Shown here: piece after piece, positions 61,601-64,000 of the stretch | Layout of the letters: every line of letters begins with the position of its first letter | Numbering within the stretch: position 1 is the stretch's first letter | Assembly: GCA_051294905.1 (NCBI GenBank) | Contig: CM119376.1 | Coordinates: forward strand, 14,322,001-14,386,000 | DNA length: 64,000 nucleotides | Direction: 5' to 3' | Origin: Botryllus schlosseri | Taxonomy: Eukaryota | Notes under the pieces: model-generated | Seen by the model: the letters and a program-made list of their open reading frames with translations, nothing else | Told to the model about the DNA's origin: nothing | Databases searched by the model: none | Program-made: the position numbers and the translations under genes

Positions 61601-63909
61601 AAAAATCGCCCTAGTCATTACTGTTTAGTGGCGCACGAATACGATTGTCTGCAAATGCGTTTAGATAGTTTGATATCAAGTTATGGACGGGGATACTTCG
61701 CTCCTTCATTGCCGAGTTATATACAACTACGATTGCAAAACACATTCGGGCATAGATCCAAACAATTTTGGCGCTGTTACCGTAGACCGGTGACTGGCGA
61801 GAAGAATAGATAATTTCGAAATACGAATATTGCGCTGAAATGTAAGCCTGACAAATTAAACTTTTCATCAATGTCATTGCTTTCGAAAGAGTACTGTGGC
61901 GCACCTCGAAACACCCCCGTGACCTACCCATTAAGAACCACTGCTACCGATAGCGTCGCCGTCACTGACAATCCCATTATAGAAGAGCATTTCATGGCAT
62001 TGATTAACTATACCGAAAGTGGTTTATGAAAGAAAAGCGCATTAAAGGTACAACGAGGTCATGTCACTTGTTTAGATAAAAATTGACCTATAAACTAGAT
62101 AGTTCTAGATATCCCTGAGACTAGTTAATTCTCGATCTCACACCGCTGTGTCGCGCATGGGCGTTCTTCTGGTCGTTTACACGATTTCTGCATTCCGCGA
62201 ATCGGAAAGTAGCGATACCATTAAGACGGGTACACTTATGACGGTTTTAATATGACGAGTATATAACGCACTAGAAGACGAGTGTAGGATAGGTTTGCCA
62301 TACGCCCTCTTCTGAGATGATTTGTCCTCTTTTTTTACTTTTTTGAAAGTGTCCTCGGAGGACGCCTAAATGTTCTCTTTTTTTGAGAATTTGTACTCAT
62401 TTTTTAAAATTTCGGTTAAATGTACGGGGATATTGGACTGAGATATAAATCAGCGCTCAAGTAACTGTACGGGTTTTTTTTTCGAGACTTGAGCCAGTAA
62501 ATTGACCTTTTTTTAGTAAACCAACGGAGAATCTCATAGAAAGTCGGTATTCCGGTAGTTGGGCCGGAAAGATGAGCCTTTTTAGTCAACCAACACAAAA
62601 CTCTGGAAAAATTTACCATTTTTTCTGGATTTTACTCCAGCATTGTAAATCTGAAAATTTTGAAAAAGTCTCCTCCAGTGTAGCAGAACTACGTACTGAT
62701 AAAAATTGTCTCAACGGATAGCCGTTGGTAATCATTCCCTCATAACGTTGACGTGAAAATATATATTCTTAGCTGATACTACTTGATAACTTTATTGTAA
62801 GATGGAATGTTGAGTAAAAATGTCAGAATTGTTGTTGTGGGTTGTAGTTTTCGATTAGCACTGCCATAATCAAGTATGCATGTGATCTGATTTACAGGTA
62901 AACGATACGCTTATGTTGTAGCTTACAACTTGCACTACCATTTGCAGGGCAACTCCGCAGGATTGGTTACGACTAAAGTGCGCGAAACACAAACGTTCAA
63001 CGTTGCAGCGAACGTACCGGCACAAGCAAGTGTCACATTTGAACTTGAATACCAAGAGCTATTGAAAAGAAGGCTTGGAAAATACGAGCAAGTGTTATTT
63101 ATCAATCCTGGTCAAGTAAGTACCTTGGAACACCTATATCGGAAAATCGTTCATTCACAATTGGTTCATGATATTACCAGATAGTGGATGAGTTGTCGTT
63201 GAATGTATACATAACCGAGGAGATAGGAATCCGTACATTGCAAACCCGTCATCCTCGAGGTGGTGAAATCAAGGATAAATCGTCAGTGACTGGTGGATAC
63301 GATTCCGACGGCGAGGTCGACATTGACGTTCAAATCCGAAGAAGTAGACATCAGGCGTCAGTAAGGTACAGCGATTATTTCAAATCACTCATCCAAACGT
63401 CATAACAAGCAACAGCGAAAAAGGAACACCATTTGAAAATGTCTTGCAGTTTTAAACCCAGCCAAGCACAGCAGAGGCGCTTGTTGATGATTCCAGAAGA
63501 TGAACGCAAAGTGAGCGTAATATATGACGTCACAAGGGAAAATCTCGGTGGGGAGTTACTGATGCGAGACGGATACTTTGTCCATTTCTTCGCCCCGGAG
63601 CAATTGCCTTCGTTGCCGAAAAAAGTAGTTTTCGTCATTGACCAGAGTGGGTCAATGTCCGGCGAGAAGATGACACAGACCAAAACCGCATTCGAAACTG
63701 TACTAAAGGAAATGTCCGACGCAGACGAGTGAGCCTATGATTTACTTTCGCGTAAAACTAGCTAAAGCTACACAATTTTCCTTCAAGGTTTAATATTGTA
63801 ACATTCTCTCGCCGAGTCACAGTGTGGAATTCGTCTGGAATGGTACCAGTCACCGAGCGATCGGTGAAAACGGCCGTTAATTACGTGAAACGTATTTCCG
63901 CTGGAGGAG
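52514..63909 (+). CDS. ITIH: ITIH-like gene 2, exons 1-7 (3' part beyond the window)
   Basis: Exons 52514-52633, 52953-53131, 54689-54770, 62948-63115, 63181-63365, 63450-63728, 63788-63909. Each has the same length and phase as the ITIH-1 exon; RQKR, VIT and DQSGS MIDAS motifs retained. Confidence 0.92.
52953..53131 (+). CDS. ITIH-2 exon 2
   Basis: FRQKRSIESTMTQMHVKS...AAFISKFT; gtgagt donor. Confidence 0.92.
53980..54299. mobile_element. hAT MITE
   Basis: cagtggttctcaa / ttgagaacccctg; TSD ctttaata/ctttacta. Confidence 0.75.
54689..54770 (+). CDS. ITIH-2 exon 3
   Basis: ttttctag acceptor; NVDGVLFVGKVKEKALAKQEYEGAVAT; gtgagt donor. Confidence 0.92.
55981..56278. repeat. Tandem duplication, about 148-bp unit x2
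   Basis: Units start tacgaagtag at 55981 and 56129 and are highly similar. Confidence 0.85.
56267..56439 (-). pseudogene. hAT-like transposase C-terminal (dimerisation) fragment interrupted by the Penelope insertion; continues at 61194-61290
   Basis: Removing the insertion and one TSD gives DIKKRMTKNRDVIDIIVRMKQHGVSPGVYAQLQCCQPTTAAVERSFSILDKLLSKDRHFLPENVGKYLSLYYNKF*; PT-x-x-x-VERSFS is the hAT dimerisation motif. Confidence 0.75.
56505..56552 (-). ncRNA. Mirror copy of the Penelope hammerhead
   Basis: Reverse complement of 61052-61099. Confidence 0.8.
56687..59143 (-). CDS. Penelope-like ORF (N-terminal domain, RT, GIY-YIG endonuclease), near full length and uninterrupted
   Basis: ADKG-like KPDKG, YGLPKTHK, PLRPI, SFDIKSLFTNVP, GVAMGSPLGP, RYVDD, VIYEFKC...YVGRT...RIKEH. 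The ATG at 59143 comes from the antisense strand of the partner arm; element sequence proper starts at 59135. Confidence 0.93.
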   Translation of the reverse strand: MARNIINTLIKTRGRLRTTLSTIAFLKACIAKKTLPAFLRARIEKSRARLNPNMERAFLFDEIGKKESMVLKLRRDCRTQQRQVARFLSFFDLVRFCRYLASIDVIKEDINLCKNERNLNRLVIDRFGSVACPDEKNIINLSDYALSSNEKFALSHGLNFCIPPINVKSEEVFAEFEILLAQLKHREAKSIDEVPAFKARLTDLAHSYCGCPVDKADFLMTKECFRAIKSLRSNPDIHITKPDKGTGVVILNKKDYIAKMMTILEDKSKFVVLGPVSEYDNTAKSERRLQRRLRILKNDDVISTDEYDSIRPVGSQRPRMYGLPKTHKDDVPLRPILSMTGSMQQKLAKWLINILEPVRELYGSHCVRDSFTFADEMRRSQLSARDNFLGSFDIKSLFTNVPLNETLNICADALYNGKLIPPPFSRATFMELMRNAVCSVEFSFNNIMFRQSDGVAMGSPLGPILANIFVGFHEDKLFSSSIKPPLSYHRYVDDTFVIFDNESDCDTFLGNLNKLHPALQFTSEKEINNRLAFLDVLVEKRDGKFLTSVYRKPTFSGHYLRWSSFSPKSRKINLIGTLVHRALMICSEVKLNNELDYIRKIFIDNGYPEYVIKRTITKKLSHWNDTKPEETPEVISRENRDVYIHLPWIGPVSYRFETQITSAVYRCYPAVKTNVVFTTIPMFPATRKDVLPAIKQSNVIYEFKCHCDCRYVGRTSKRLQDRIKEHIPPSVKSYISNSQLNNPLVLEHNQAMGQKSSIGKHLLENHTCAANYHEDMFSILAKGRNLFHLSVLESTIITMSKPSLCQQKEFVYHLKIAH
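59136..60917 (+). CDS. 5'-truncated Penelope-like ORF (RT plus GIY-YIG)
   Basis: Matches the minus copy from RAIKSLRSNP to HLKIAH, apart from Q/H in SKRL(Q/H)DRIKEH. Confidence 0.9.
   Translation, partial: RAIKSLRSNPDIHITKPDKGTGVVILNKKDYIAKMMTILEDKSKFVVLGPVSEYDNTAKSERRLQRRLRILKNDDVISTDEYDSIRPVGSQRPRMYGLPKTHKDDVPLRPILSMTGSMQQKLAKWLINILEPVRELYGSHCVRDSFTFADEMRRSQLSARDNFLGSFDIKSLFTNVPLNETLNICADALYNGKLIPPPFSRATFMELMRNAVCSVEFSFNNIMFRQSDGVAMGSPLGPILANIFVGFHEDKLFSSSIKPPLSYHRYVDDTFVIFDNESDCDTFLGNLNKLHPALQFTSEKEINNRLAFLDVLVEKRDGKFLTSVYRKPTFSGHYLRWSSFSPKSRKINLIGTLVHRALMICSEVKLNNELDYIRKIFIDNGYPEYVIKRTITKKLSHWNDTKPEETPEVISRENRDVYIHLPWIGPVSYRFETQITSAVYRCYPAVKTNVVFTTIPMFPATRKDVLPAIKQSNVIYEFKCHCDCRYVGRTSKRLHDRIKEHIPPSVKSYISNSQLNNPLVLEHNQAMGQKSSIGKHLLENHTCAANYHEDMFSILAKGRNLFHLSVLESTIITMSKPSLCQQKEFVYHLKIAH
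61052..61099 (+). ncRNA. Minimal type I hammerhead ribozyme (Penelope pLTR), core variant CCGACGA
   Basis: Stem I TATTCCC(61060-66)/GGGAATA(61093-99); core CCGACGA; stem II GG-GTCAG-CC; GAAA; palindromic stem III AGCT; UC cleavage triplet end at 61092. Confidence 0.8.
62948..63115 (+). CDS. ITIH-2 exon 4
   Basis: GNSAGLV...ELLKRRLGKYEQVLFINPGQ; gtaagt donor. Confidence 0.95.
63181..63365 (+). CDS. ITIH-2 exon 5
   Basis: IVDELSLNVYITEEIGI...HQASV; gtaca donor. Confidence 0.92.
63450..63728 (+). CDS. ITIH-2 exon 6 (vWA start)
   Basis: FKPSQAQQ...GYFVHFFAP...FVIDQSGSMSGEKM; gtgag donor. Confidence 0.95.
63788..63909 (+). CDS. ITIH-2 exon 7
   Basis: FNIVTFSRRVTVWNSSG...KRISAGG; gtgggt donor; follows a 59-nt intron. 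Confidence 0.9.
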
Positions 63910-64000
63910 GTGGGTTGATAGAACAGTGGTCACCCATATACTGGGGGCGCGATTGAGTATATGGAACAAATAAACAGCAGCAGAAATCACTCATTATTTC

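Larger units (their letters stand above)
55528..61943. mobile_element. Candidate non-autonomous hAT element hosting the Penelope insertion
   Basis: CAGTGGTTC at 55528 and GAACCACTG ending 61943; transposase fragment inside; TSD only weakly similar. Confidence 0.4.

Overview
AT-rich, intron-containing animal genomic DNA. The 59-71 nt mini-introns and the repeat types suggest a tunicate or other marine invertebrate deuterostome (inference). The window holds two tandem + strand paralogues of the inter-alpha-trypsin inhibitor heavy chain (ITIH) family. Paralogue 1 (15332-43442) reconstructs by hand as 15 phase-compatible GT-AG exons (3048 nt, 1015 aa): signal peptide, RQKR site, VIT, vWA with intact MIDAS, ITIH core, a Ser/Pro/Arg-rich linker and two CUB domains. 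It has no DPHF site and no ITI_HC_C domain. Paralogue 2 (52514 to beyond the window end) shows its first 7 exons. Intron 3 of paralogue 2 contains a young 4.75-kb palindromic Penelope-like retroelement (RT plus GIY-YIG, hammerhead ribozymes at both ends) flanked by one 12-bp TSD. Its junctions fit twin priming on a partial-tandem RNA and allow the full ORF to be rebuilt. Two more hammerheads lie at about 2.5 and 5.2 kb. The rest is dense transposon material: many hAT-type MITEs with 8-bp TSDs and family-specific subterminal micro-repeats (often nested), a CR1/L2-group LINE, tRNA-derived SINEs, and decayed Gypsy, hAT and Chapaev-like fragments. There is a 141-N gap at 29478-29618. No rRNA, intact tRNA or CRISPR array was found. 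All alignments were done by eye; no database search was run.
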